Counted from the first letter of the stretch, positions 13,101 to 25,068 are shown. The stretch: DNA of 64,000 nucleotides from Squalus acanthias (GCA_030390025.1 CM059434.1:62806001-62870000), one strand, 5' to 3'. The notes: a model not told the origin generated them from the sequence alone. Numbers and translations are program-made.

Positions 13101-13914
13101 ATATTATACAGTTGTATTTTTTCTTTTTAATGGTTGTAAGGGTAATACAATTCTCAATTAAATGGTTGGTTGGGCCAACAGGAAATATTGCTTCCTGTTT
13201 CTGTATGCTACTTTCCTGAAGTATGGTTGGAGTTATCCACTAGTATGGTACGTAGAAAAAGAAACCAAAAGCCATTTTAAATTGTTCTCAAACTCTTCCT
13301 TGTTTTATTTTTCTTCTTCTGTCTCTCCCTATCGCATTCATTTTATTTATTTAGCACCCCTCTGGCTCCAATCTACTTGAATTTGGAATTCTAGCCTCGA
13401 CTAACTTGAATTATTGTTATAATTATGGGCTTTTCATAGAGCCATGATCTACCACTGGTTGTTGTAAGTTGACCATGTGCCCTACGATGCAGCCATGTCC
13501 TGCATGCAATGCAGTCAAATGGGAACCAACTTCCCTCCAGCCTCTTGCCCAGCTTCATTTATGTGAAGTCTATTGGAGTAATACATTATTTGCTAAACAT
13601 CTGTCCAGATATGTTGAGCTTTCCCAAAGGGCAATGTTCTAGTTTGGGTAATGGCTAAAAGCATTTCTCAAATGTTAATTGCAGACTTTTGCTTTATAGT
13701 TCTGTATTGATCACTTTTATTGAACACAGTAGTCGGCATTGAAACCAGCATGTTGATCTTATTTACAACTTCCTCTGACTGTCAACAGAGACAGCTCATG
13801 AGTCCAGTCGGATGAGAAACGTATACAAGTATTCGCTAATCTTAGTCATCAGTAATAAATTAATAGTCATTAAAAACTGATTGAAATACTCTTTGTAATG
13901 TACAACTGGCCTGA

Positions 13915-15030
13915 AGAGGAAAAGGTAATCATTGCACCAAAGAATTAGGATTCACTTTCCCATCTTGTTGAGAAATTAAGATTCTTTTTGAGGGGAGGAG
14001 AAAGGGAGTCATAAAACACTACATCATTTGTATAACCACAAGTTAGACTGTCATTCTGATCTGCTGGAGTCTTTCAGAGGCAGTCCTGTGACATACAAGT
14101 TGCCGAACCAATTATGCTACAATATGGTCACTGATTTGGTTCTTCACATTTACATGCAATGACCACCTTATCTTGGCCCAGCTGTCAGTGTTGGGTGCTT
14201 TTGCACATGGTAGATAGCAAATCAGAGGATAATTCAACATGGGTTGCCCTTGCGCATTTAACTAGCAGAAATCTGGGAAATGGTTGTCTCACTGGCCTCT
14301 TGTTCAGAATAAGCTGATTAACTGATGAGCCCAAAAAAAAGAAGCAATTTCTTCAATGTAAAGCTGCATTACACCTTGGTAGTGAGAATTTTAGATCTAC
14401 TGAGTCACAGCTTTTGCTTTTTTGAATGAATCAAGTATAAAGTTCTGTAGGCACTGCCGGTGTGTGTAAGTAACTCACCTGCTGCCTATGTGTCATGAAA
14501 TGGGAAAGGGCCGAAACAACCAATTGGTAGTTTCAATGAGGGGAGGGAAGACAAAGATAGAGAGCGCAACCAGCTGATTCTCATGCTGAAGCTGTTGGAA
14601 TCTTTGTGCCAATAGATGAGATTGATTATTCATCATTTTGTGATCAGTGTGCTAACGAAGTTGTCCTGTGGAAAGGCAAACTGTTTTGCCAAGTATTGTG
14701 CACTCTGGAAGTTTTAGGATTTAGCTTCCCAGCCTCCTATTTGAGAAATATTGAAGTATTCAACAGTTAAGTAGCCATTTTGATCAGTTCGAATCCTTGT
14801 GAGGCAGTCCAAGTGTCAAAGCAAGTTGCTGAATCAATATGTTTGAACTATAGACGTGGTTTTGGTTCCGCAGTTTTACACATCTAATATTAGATCGCGA
14901 GTGTCAATGATGGGTGCTTTTGCACGGGGGAAGATTATCAGTCAGAGGATAATTAAAATCAGTTGCTCGTGGCCAGTTGTAAAGCAGCATTGGCCGAAAC
15001 CTGGGAACAGTTCATCTCCCTGGCCTCTTA
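13915..15030 (+). ncRNA. Two diverged tandem copies of a putative structured RNA module (~720 bp period)
   Basis: Shared anchors in the same order: ttaggatt, ttgagaaat, gaggcagtcc (14077/14801), tgggtgcttttgcac (14192/14911), tcagaggataatt (14222/14942), ctggcctctt (14292/15020). Substitutions preserve pairing. The duplication is directly visible; RNA function is inferred. Confidence 0.55.
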
Positions 15031-17044
15031 GTTTGGGAATATTTCAATGTGGAGGCATCAAACCTGAGTAAAAATGAAGTTGTTTCACATGGTCTGTTAT
15101 TAGTAAAACAGATCCTTGCTAATGTGTGCATTTTGTGGTTGCTGGTGTATTGCCCTGCTGTATCATAGTTTTATGTTTCCCAAATGTTTGAGTGCAGCAG
15201 TGCTTTTGTATAATATTATGTACAAAGCCAGACGTATAAATATTTGACTTTTTTTTTAACCAAAAATATGGCAGCAGCTTAAAAGTTGTTTTCAAACTGA
15301 ATACAACTGGCATCTTCATTTAGTTTCCAGGCAACTGTAGTTCTCTTGGTCTCCTTGCCATAGCACCAATAAAATTGAAAGAATGCTTTTCACTGAACCA
15401 CACTGACCACTAACTGGAATGTCATTTCATGCATCAGACTGAAAAATTGTATTTTGCTCCTTTAATCCTTTTTAAACATAACTGTTGTTTGGCATTCTGC
15501 AAGCTTCCAGTTATTGGGAGATTGATCCTTGAATTTGAATATAGTTATACTTAAAATGTGAACTATATTCTCAAGAAAATGTGGATATTTTTACATTTGG
15601 CTGGTCAGTCAGTATTGTAAATGTGGTTTCTTTAATCATAAAGTACTAGATTTGCCATATGTACTATGTATCATCACTGTGCACTTTATAAGAATGCCTT
15701 GTTTGTATCTGTGTGCTATATATTGTGAGACAAGGGAATTAACCTTAAGCTAGAAGCGAAGTGCATTTCTTTAATTGAGCAATAATACATTTCAAGCGTG
15801 CACTCTTTGTGAATTGAGACTAGGCCTGCAGGCTAATTGATGTGTTTTTTTTCATCTTTTCCAAATTATCTACAGCTGAAAAGACAGGCAGGCATCCCAT
15901 AGTGCCACTCTAAAACTGGCTTGTGATAACTTAACCATGCTGCCCTGCAGAGAAGTGCTTGATTTCCACTTGGCACTTCCCTGCAGTGATTTGGCTGAGA
16001 TTCGGCACTGAGTGCAGATTACCGGTGTGAACTCACATCCCCCACACTGGCACCGTTCACTGGTGCAACAGATTCCACTATGGTAAACTGGCTAAATGAA
16101 GGATGGGACCAAAGGAGTTGAGCCCTTCAGTCAGGCATTTTGTCCTCCTTATCCACATCCAACACACGCAACCACATTGTGTTTGAACAGACCAATGTGA
16201 TCCAGAAAATTAGATTAAATCAAGCCTCATTACAGATTTGTGGAGGTTGGTAAAATTATTTATCAGAACACACATTAGTAAAATCTACCTCCTTTTATAC
16301 TGGTTACAATAGACTTGCAGTGGGTCCAGGAGAAAGCTTGTATTGACAGGTTTGTTCAAATGACTTTTTTAGATTAAATTGCACTGAAATTGCTGGGTGG
16401 CACAGCTAGGTACAACATCACAAATTGCTCACAGCCTAACTTTTAATCGGCAACAAGCTGGTAGTCTCCCTAATATCAAGTATTAGTGAAAGGGGAATTG
16501 GCAGAGTCACACTGGTACAATAGGCTAAGGTACATTTGAGGTTGGAATTAAGCAAATTGTTTGGGCAGAAGCTTTACTCTGCATCAAAATTTTGCTATAT
16601 CATACCTGGGAGGAGTTGATGGTAAGTCTGACGAGAAACAATTCCTTTCCTCAGCACTTGCATTTTTCTTGATGGATACCAAAGCATCTAAGTCCTAACT
16701 CTATAGCAGCACGAGCTTTATTTAGAGAATATTAACAATTTTTGTTCTTTAAATGTTCTGAATTTTAGAAACTTGGATGAAAAATTATAAGGAAATTACT
16801 CAAGTTCAGATTGTATATAATAGTGATATTTAGGGTGTTAACATATGCAGAAACAGTTATGTTCCTTATGGTCTATTTTTTGGATGCACAAGACTTTAAG
16901 TTGAAGATTTAAAGCATCATAAAAAATTAAGTATATATGTATAAACTTAAAACAAGCTTTTACCTTTTTTCTGGCTTAAAATTATTTGAGAAGTAACTTT
17001 TATGCCTTTCTGTTATTTGTCTCTTTGTTTATCCTGATCTTCAG

Positions 17045-17233
17045 CCTCGGTCAATGTCCTAGTCCAAAACTGCAAAATTTACAATGATGCAAGCTGCGAT
17101 ATTTCAGCAGATGGACAGCTTCTAGCTGCATTCATTCCCAGCAGTCAGCGTGGATTTCCAGATGAAGGCATCTTAGCAGTCTATTCCCTTGCTCCGCATA
17201 ACCTGGGGGAGATGCTGTACACTAAGCGATTTG
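17045..17233 (+). CDS. AMBRA1: AMBRA1 internal coding exon (189 bp, phase 1 to 1)
   Basis: Pyrimidine tract and ttcag acceptor, g|gtaagt donor. Translates (A)[62 protein letters not shown](G), which I recognise as the vertebrate AMBRA1 C-terminal WD40 region. Not shown in the ORF track. Confidence 0.97.
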
Positions 17234-17489
17234 GTAAGTTTATTGCAAAGAATACAACATTTATTCAAGCCCTATTTACTTTTAAAATTCTATAGCCTAT
17301 CATTTAGTCCTCTCCTTTTCTTCTGGCCAGTTTTAAGGGAAGTTTCCGTACGTCATGAAAATAACTTAACTACTTGATTGCCACTTACAACAAAGGCATT
17401 TGCCATAATGGTCTCCAATTTTAAAAATATAACTATGGGGTTCGATGGAATGGATGGTGTAGAGGTTTGGACACCCCATAGTAGGAGGC

Positions 17490-17910
17490 TATAGAAAAAA
17501 ACCATGTTGCTTGAGTTATGGAGCTATAATTATGAAGAGAAGTCAGAGCTTTTAAGGGGTTACCAAATAGAGGTCTTCCAGATTATGAAGGGTTATGAGA
17601 AGATAAATGGTGGTAGATTGCTTCTATTCATTGTTGAGACAGTAACGAGAGAGCGCAGATTCAAGATAATCACAAGAATTAAATGGGCGAGTTAGAAAAA
17701 TATTCTTGATGCAGAGGATGATTTGAATGCGAAATTCTCTGCCACAAGCCATTTGTGAAGCAGAGCCAATAACAGAAATTATATAGTGGCTTCAAAAGAG
17801 GAATATTAAAGCGTATGAGGAGCGAGCAGGAGAGTGAGATTAGACTAGATGGGTCATGTGGAGAAAAACTGGTGCAGACGTGAAGAGCCATATGGACTCT
17901 CTATGCTTGC
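17490..17910 (+). mobile_element. Old degraded CR1 3' fragment
   Basis: ORF 17504-17695 resembles the CR1 C-terminus (IEVFQIMKGY). Confidence 0.7.
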
Positions 17911-18084
17911 GTTTCCAGCATTCTATTACCAGCCTTTCGCCATCACTGGCTGTAAGGGCTTTGTGGTGAAATTACTTTGAGTAGTCTTAATCCAGTTCCC
18001 ATGGGCATGGGCTCACTGTATAAAACTGCCCCAAATTTGGCAGTCTCCCTCACTACAAGATGGATGTTGGGGTAAAAGTTGTGT

Positions 18085-18428
18085 TTTTAAATTGATTCAG
18101 TAGGATAGACACACACAAACTATTTCCTCTGATGAGGGAATCCAGAACAAAAGGGCATCTTAAAATTAGAGGTAGGCCATTTAGGAGTCAAATCAGGAAG
18201 CACTTTTTTATGCAAAGTGTAATGGAAATCTGGAACTCATTCCCCCAAAAGGCTGTGGGGGCTGCGTCAGTTGAAATTTTCAAGACTGATATCAATAGAT
18301 TTGTTGGGTAAGGGTATCAAGGAATATGGAGCGGGTAAATGAAGTTAAGATACAAATCAGCCATGATCTCATTGAATGGTGGAACAGGGTCAAGGGGCTG
18401 AATGGCCTACTCCTGTTCCTATGTTCCT
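18085..18428 (+). mobile_element. CR1 3' fragment
   Basis: Ends in the CR1 tail cagccatgatctcattgaatgg...cctatgttcct. Confidence 0.88.
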
Positions 18429-21400
18429 AAAGGGGAAAATGTTATTAGTGTTCTGTGGATGCAGCAGGTGCACGTTCTTCGAATGATAGAGAAAGCTTTA
18501 TTATCCAGTTAATTATTGAACCTCCTGCATCTTGATAAGGACACACATGTCACAGAAAACAAAGAAAACTGAAGCCAGGTTTAAAAAAAAAAACTGCAAA
18601 CATAGCTGGGTTATGAATGTTAAAATGGGCTGCTAGTTTAGTGTATGTACGTGGGGACTGAAGCAGAAAATGTTTTCGAAAACAGCATTTGGGCATATTT
18701 TCCTCCATTCATTAATGCTGATGTAAAAGTTGGTGTACGTATAAAGTGAGTTTTGTTTCATTCCTGATATTGTTTTGAACTTCTGTGTTTCTGTGAACAG
18801 AAAACCAAATAATTGGAAAAAATAAATTCTGGCTGGATATAAATTAGAATAAAAACTTTTGGTGAATAAATCTTCTGTATTCTCCAACCATATATAAGCT
18901 CAGTGTTGCTATGTAACCATTGATGTTTAAGACTACAAAATACAACTAGTTTGTGAAGCCCAGCCAAAGTGATTTTGGTTCATTAAGTGCCTCTCATGAG
19001 CTGTTATATTATCTCATAGTGCAGCAGTAGCCCTCTCCCTCACACCTTCTGTGGTAATGGAACAAGAGCATGTTTCCAACCTGAGAACAGTTATTTGAAT
19101 TCTTAATGTTCTCTTTTTAAAAAAAAATGCTATTCAAAGGTTATAAAATCTCAATGCCTCCCTTCCGTTTTATTGCTAAATTTACGTTGCTTCCCTGGGA
19201 CTGAAATGATGATGTAATTGGTTCAATGTCAATGATCCTCCTTATCTGTGATATTTCATGAAGCCGTTCAACCGAAATTGGTGTGCAGTTTTGGCATTAA
19301 AATGTAAGCTGTACATTTAAGATTTTGAGCATTTGGTCAAAATGTAGAACGTGCAGTGTGATACAGGCGATTTATTACGACCTCTTCTATCAGTCCGCAT
19401 TATGGCTTATCATTCTGACAAGTTTAGCTTTCTAAATAAAACCATTTGTTTTTATCATTAACCTGCATTGGTTTCCTGCATGGCAGCTGGTTTATCAACT
19501 AAGCAATTTTGTAAGAAAACCTGACTGCCCTCGATAACTTTCTGTCCTCATCAACTTGGCAACAGTGGATAACCTATTGTAAGCTCTTCTGCTAAGTGGC
19601 AGGTCTCACAGTAGACCAGCACTAAGTAGTTTGTTCTTCGAGGCACTGACGAGAGAGAACAGGGTTTTCTGTATATTTCTTTTGCAAGTTCTTTGGCTCT
19701 CATCCCAGACTTATCCAAGCTGAACACGAGTGGCAATAATTGGAAGAAAAACTAAGGCACAGGCTCACTAATTTCATTTCATTTAATCTAATTTATTTAT
19801 GATCAAGAGCAAGTAAAGTTTTGGGTATTCTGATGGCTCGATGGAAAAATGCAAAGCTGGTGTGGGACGAATCCAAAGAGGACCAGGAGGGTGGGGTGAG
19901 CTTCGGTATCTCTGGAGCAGAGGGAGAGAAAATCAGCCTCATTGCTATCCAGAGATGCCCTTCGATCAAAGAGCCTGTCAATACTCGTCGTCCAGATGGA
20001 GAGTAGCCACTTGAGTGTGGTACTTGAAGGTTGCTCACACCAGTAAAACCATAACCGAGCATGAATTGGCACCTTCTGGGAGGAGGGAGTCCATTTGACA
20101 GCTGCAGAAATATTCATCGAGTGAGTGGCCAATCATTGCATGATTTATGCCTGTTCTAGGGAGGAGTACTGAGGACAATTGCAACATAAAGCCAAGACTG
20201 AAATACATAATTAGTTTAATTTATTCACTGAACAACTAATGTAGTGTATTAGGTGAGAAATGTACTCGTGAATTGAACTTTGCACTTTGTGAAGAAAAGT
20301 ATATCCGTGTTTTGTAGGATGCTTGATAAAACATTTAACAAACATTCAGTTTTGAATATGTAATTAACTATTCCAGTAATCACTGATTGTTCTATTGGAA
20401 ATTGTATTGGTCCAAACCTGTTGCCTACTCTCGGCAAATGCCAATTTGTGTCTTCATCTCGAAGGCAGCTACATGAGGATTTACCATCGGATCTGGATTT
20501 CCATTTCCTCTTCATTCGGTATCCTCCATCCACAATGGAAAGCCCTGATTGCCAACAGTGAGGCACATCATGGACATACCCTATAGTATGTTTCTTATGT
20601 TGGTTATGGCATCATGGCCCACTACTGTCCATGTCATATAAAGGCAGTATATGTAGCCACAAACTATTCCATGTGGTTCGAGGTAGTTAATGGTTTATTG
20701 TTTTCATAAAATTACATTTTCCCTGAATGACTTTGAAAAGGACATGGTTAGTTTTCAAATACTACTTCTGGAATTTCATGGCAGCTAGTCTAGTTGTCTG
20801 TCACCCAAAAAGGACCTTATGGGTTGCTTGCAGCACTGGGAGACAATCTGCTTAAAGAGAATAAGACGGTGATAGTGCAAGCAGAAATGCAAGTTTGTTT
20901 CACTTAGAAAACAAGTTGTTCAAGCATAAACTCTCCCTCAATCTAACTTCGTGCTGGTGAATGAGTTAAATTCTCTAACGTTCTTCATAGTTTAGGATAG
21001 ACCATACATCCACCTGGGGAGAATCACTGGGACAGCACTCGTCTTGAGAGTTTTATACCATTAAAGACCTGTAATTTTCCCCTAACCACCATCTCATCAT
21101 CACAAAGATGTGGCCCAGGGCCAAATTTCAGTTTTAAAAAAATGATACAAAAAGAGCATACAGAAATTCATGGAGAGCAAAATTAAGCTCCTACTTTGTT
21201 TTAAGGGACAGATGGCAGTTTTATGTCTTATAGAAACAATTGTTTGATTTTGTAATGCTTTAAATCTGTGGATACAAACTCCAGAAATTCTCAGTTTGTG
21301 TTTTCTTTTAAACGTAATTCTTTGACCAAGCTACTGTTAAATCTATCCTGTTATGAATCTGTTGACCTCATTTGCAACATGCATTATTGATGTCATTTTA

Positions 21401-21860
21401 TGACTGACATTGCGGTTTATCCTTTTCATATCACTCAATACTTTGAGCTTGGTTCTGTTGTGCCATGCTTTATGGACTTGCATCATCATTACAGGGAAGC
21501 TAGAATGACTCCTATGAGTCAACGGTAATAGAATGGGAAAAAGTGTGAGGAACACAAGTGCAACTTCTAACTCCTGTTTCTAATGCATTGAATATTTCTT
21601 TGCCATTGGTCCTCTGAGGCTGTTCTAACTTGCCGTTATAACCAGTGAATTGCTGTTCCCTGTATGTTGTAGTTTTAATAACTTGCTTTTGTAAAGCAGC
21701 TTATGTGCTTCAAAGGATTTTCAATCTACATAAAGCCTTTATGATTTTTTTTAAAAGTGCATCTTATGGGACACACTAGGGAAGCAGCTTAAGAAACGCG
21801 AGGTAACGTAGTCTGGCCTATAGGAAAGGCGATTGCTTGAAAGACTACTCGCCAGCCAGA

Positions 21861-21892
21861 GCTAACCTGTCTTTTTTAACTCCTCCCCTCAG
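21861..21892 (+). promoter_or_regulatory. Branch point (gCTAAC), polypyrimidine tract and 3' splice site
   Basis: gctaacctgtcttttttaactcctcccctcag immediately precedes the exon. Confidence 0.75.
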
Positions 21893-22047
21893 GCCCAAAT
21901 GCTATTTCTGTCAGTTTGTCTCCAATGGGCAAGTATGTGATGGTTGGCCTGGCCTCCCGGCGCATCCTGCTGCACCCCTCCACTGAACATATGGTGGCAC
22001 AAGTCTTCCGATTGCAGCAACCCCACGGTGGAGAAACCTCAATGAGG
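21893..22047 (+). CDS. AMBRA1: AMBRA1 next coding exon (155 bp, phase 1 to 0)
   Basis: cctcag acceptor and agg|gtaagt donor. In frame with the previous exon: (G)[51 protein letters not shown]. Confidence 0.97.
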
Positions 22048-22674
22048 GTAAGTGTTACTCTGTTAGCTATCTAATGCCTTGATGCCAGCAGGTAAAACTG
22101 CAGGGATCTTCTTGTCTCCTGACAACAGCAGGTTTTACTGTAATGATTGACTGACTTGTATGTTGTAGCAGTTGTGCTTTTGTTCGAATCATTGCTGCAT
22201 GCATACCAGTGAGAGATTGGCCGACATACAGGAAAAGTCTTGCTGAGCTCAGTGTGGCAGCTCAACAGTTGTGTTCTTCACTTTGTAAACTTCATGACGT
22301 GTACGGCTGGCGTAGCATATTAGTTTAAAGCAGTGTCCTTTTTTAAACTTGTTCCCTGTTGGAAGATCCTATTTGCCATCAATCCTAATGGAGGCCTTAC
22401 TGATCTCAAGAAAACTCCAGGCAGTTCTACGATTGCAGAAGAGTAGAGAAGGTTAAGTGTACAGCTGGGGCTAAGGCTGTCATAGTGGTCGTAACCGAAT
22501 TCTACTCATCACCTTCACAAACTTAGCCCCTGTTGTTAAGATTTGGTATTAACATACTCGATAATATAACACTTTCCCACATTGTGCCGAGTGACTGGAT
22601 CAAGCACTATTGGGTCAGGTGTGGCACAGATCCGTAGGAAAACTAAGTTTAGTGTTCCTCCCCAACACACACAC

Positions 22675-22812
22675 ACATTTTCTAAGGGAATCAAGGGATA
22701 TGGGGATAGGGTGGGAAAGTGGAGTTAAGGTAGAGATCAGCCATGATCTTACTGAATGGCAGAGCAGGCTCGAGGGGCTGAACTCCTGTTCCTTTTTCTT
22801 GTGTTCTTATAT
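22675..22812 (+). mobile_element. CR1 3' tail fragment
   Basis: gatcagccatgatcttactgaatggcagagcaggctcg. Confidence 0.85.
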
Positions 22813-24641
22813 GCATACGCATACTATACATTTTGACCCTGCTCCTCTGAAGATAACCACTGAATTTAATACATTTCTGCATTATGGAGTGTGAGTGAAA
22901 AGAGTCCACATTTGTCTGAAAAATTCAAAATTTCCTTTTTTAAATGTCAAAAGCTGAAAGATAACTCGAATCCCCAAGGGCCACCTGGAGGCATGCTAAG
23001 CCCTTGCAAGCTGTCTGTCCACTTTTGCCGTCCCACCCACTGGTTTCTCCCTTTTTTGCAGCTATTGCCCACTTTGGTGGCAGTGTGCTAAAATAGAAGA
23101 CAAATGAATATCTACCACCTGTATATGTATGCAGGGAGCATGGAGTGCATTCAGAGATCTTCTCTAACCTCTTTCAGTTTTCTTGTGGCACTGCCAGAGA
23201 GATAGCAGCTTATGAAATGTCAACTTGATGAACAAAAGTATGCTTTTTTGTTTTGCATATTTGTCTGTAAAGGTAATGGTACCAATAGGCAGAGCTGTCC
23301 TGCGCGATGAGTTTGAACTTTTGACAAATGAATATGCTGCAATACTGATTTTTCAAATTCCTCCTCATTTTCCAGTGTCAGGGGACATCCAGGGGAAGGT
23401 TGGTGCAATATGTGCAATTTGAAATAACAGCAAAAACAGTACATGATGAAATGTTAGATAGTTTGGTGGTCCTCAGATGACCCAAGAAAGGGATTATAAA
23501 CATTGCAACTGTGCTGCTGCTTGCTGGCCAGAATGTGATTTCACAGGAATATTTTCAGCACAGGCCGAACATCATGGCTGTTGCCTATCTAATGTGTCAT
23601 TATGTCTTCTATATTGGCAATCTGGCTGGTTCTAAAAGCCAGCAGCATGTACAGATATAACTGGCAACACCTCTTGAACCCCTCTGTCTTGAGGGGGACT
23701 GAATATTTGTATGAGTATGTTCACGTGGGGATGGAGGGAAATAGCTAATAGGTAAATGCTCTCGTGTTGTTACTGTGCTGTGTTTTTGGAGAAATTTGAC
23801 CTAGAATTTTGTGCCACGTTCCCTGCAGAGTTGGCTGTTCCACCCTGTGCCATTTTCTTGAGAGGAACGCCTACTGCATTTGTACCTTAGCTGCTGTTAA
23901 TGGCTAATTTCCAAAACAACCCAGATTCACATGGGACTTAAATTAAGCTGCAGCCTTTGATTCAGTTGCATTATTCAATGCAACTGAGTCCACTCTCTCC
24001 CCCCCTGCCCCCCCCCCCCCCCCGCTATCACGTGGGCAGCTGGTGGCTAAATTGCACATTTGCTTCTTAAAATATTTCTGCAATAATAAATGGGGTGCAG
24101 GGGCTTTTAGGAAACCTAGTCTAAATACAGTTGTTGAATTCAGTTTTTGATAGTCCAAATAGATGTCAGAATTCGCAATCTTCAGCAGAAAATCCGTTTT
24201 TAAGATTGAGGTGTAACAGAGGAAGCCTCCTACACTGTTGTTGACACCTTGCCCGGAATGAGTACAGATAGAATAGCTCTCAAGCTAAAATTTGTTAATG
24301 TTCCAGTGTCCCTTTATATGATAAAATCTACTTAAAGTACAGTTAAATAAATGTTATTAAAGTCTTCTTGACAATAAGCAGCATTAATACAATCTATCAC
24401 GATGACAGATGTGGAGCCCACTGACAATTAATATTGGAATAAAGATATTAAAATACCACAAACAAAGTAGTATTTCAAAAAGGATCAGAGATTGAGTTCA
24501 AAGCTATAAATTAATCTTTCGGTTTATGCTTGCAGATTATGAATGCTCTGAATACCATCTTGTACATTGCTCCCAGGAATCCTTTATGCAGGCCATGCTA
24601 TTTTCCTATTGACATGCTGTGAATTAAAATTCTATCTTTGA

Positions 24642-25068
24642 TCAGATCAGCCATGATCTTATTGAATGGCAGAGCAGGCTCGAGGGGCCAAATGACCTCC
24701 TACTGCTCCTACATCTTATGTTCTTGTGTTTATTTCAGGTCAACTCCCATGGCACATTTGCGCTCAAGTTTAACTCACATGTCCAAAAATGTGTGGGTTA
24801 GGTTGATTTGGCTATGATAAATTGACCCTTAGTGTTAGGGGGGATTAAAAAAAATGTGGGGTTATGGGGATAGGATGGGATATGTTAGGGGGAATTAAAT
24901 ACGTGGGGTTACGGGGGTAGGGTGGGATATGTGTACTGTGGGGATTAAAGCAGGGACAGGGTACTGGATTTGGATGATCAGCCATGATCGTATTGAATGG
25001 CGGAGCAGGCTCGACGGGCCGAATGGCCTACTCCTGCTCCTAGATTCTATGTTTCTATGTTTCTATGA
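24642..25068 (+). mobile_element. CR1 tail fragment followed by a 5'-truncated HE1-type V-SINE
   Basis: V-domain-like gtccaaaaatgtgtgggttaggttgatttggctatgataaattgacccttagtg, a HER1-type tail, and (tttctatg)n terminal repeats. Confidence 0.8.

Noticed and set aside
14322-14350. CTGATGA as a hammerhead core (also ctgacga at ~16628 and ~19646)
   Set aside because: No stem II followed by GAAA.
14786-14796. B-box-like GTTCGAATCC suggesting a tRNA or Pol III gene
   Set aside because: No convincing A box or cloverleaf, and it is not retained in the paralogous unit (gctggagtct).
14180-15070. Duplicated units as C/D or H/ACA snoRNAs
   Set aside because: No canonical RTGATGA/CTGA pair or H/ACA architecture is shared by both copies.
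19793-20132. Overlapping short ORFs as a nested gene or extra exon
   Set aside because: No recognisable protein similarity or splice signals; the higher GC content is better explained by the stems.
21871-21880. U12-type branch site (ttttttaac)
   Set aside because: The upstream donor is GTAAGT (U2 type), not RTATCCTT.
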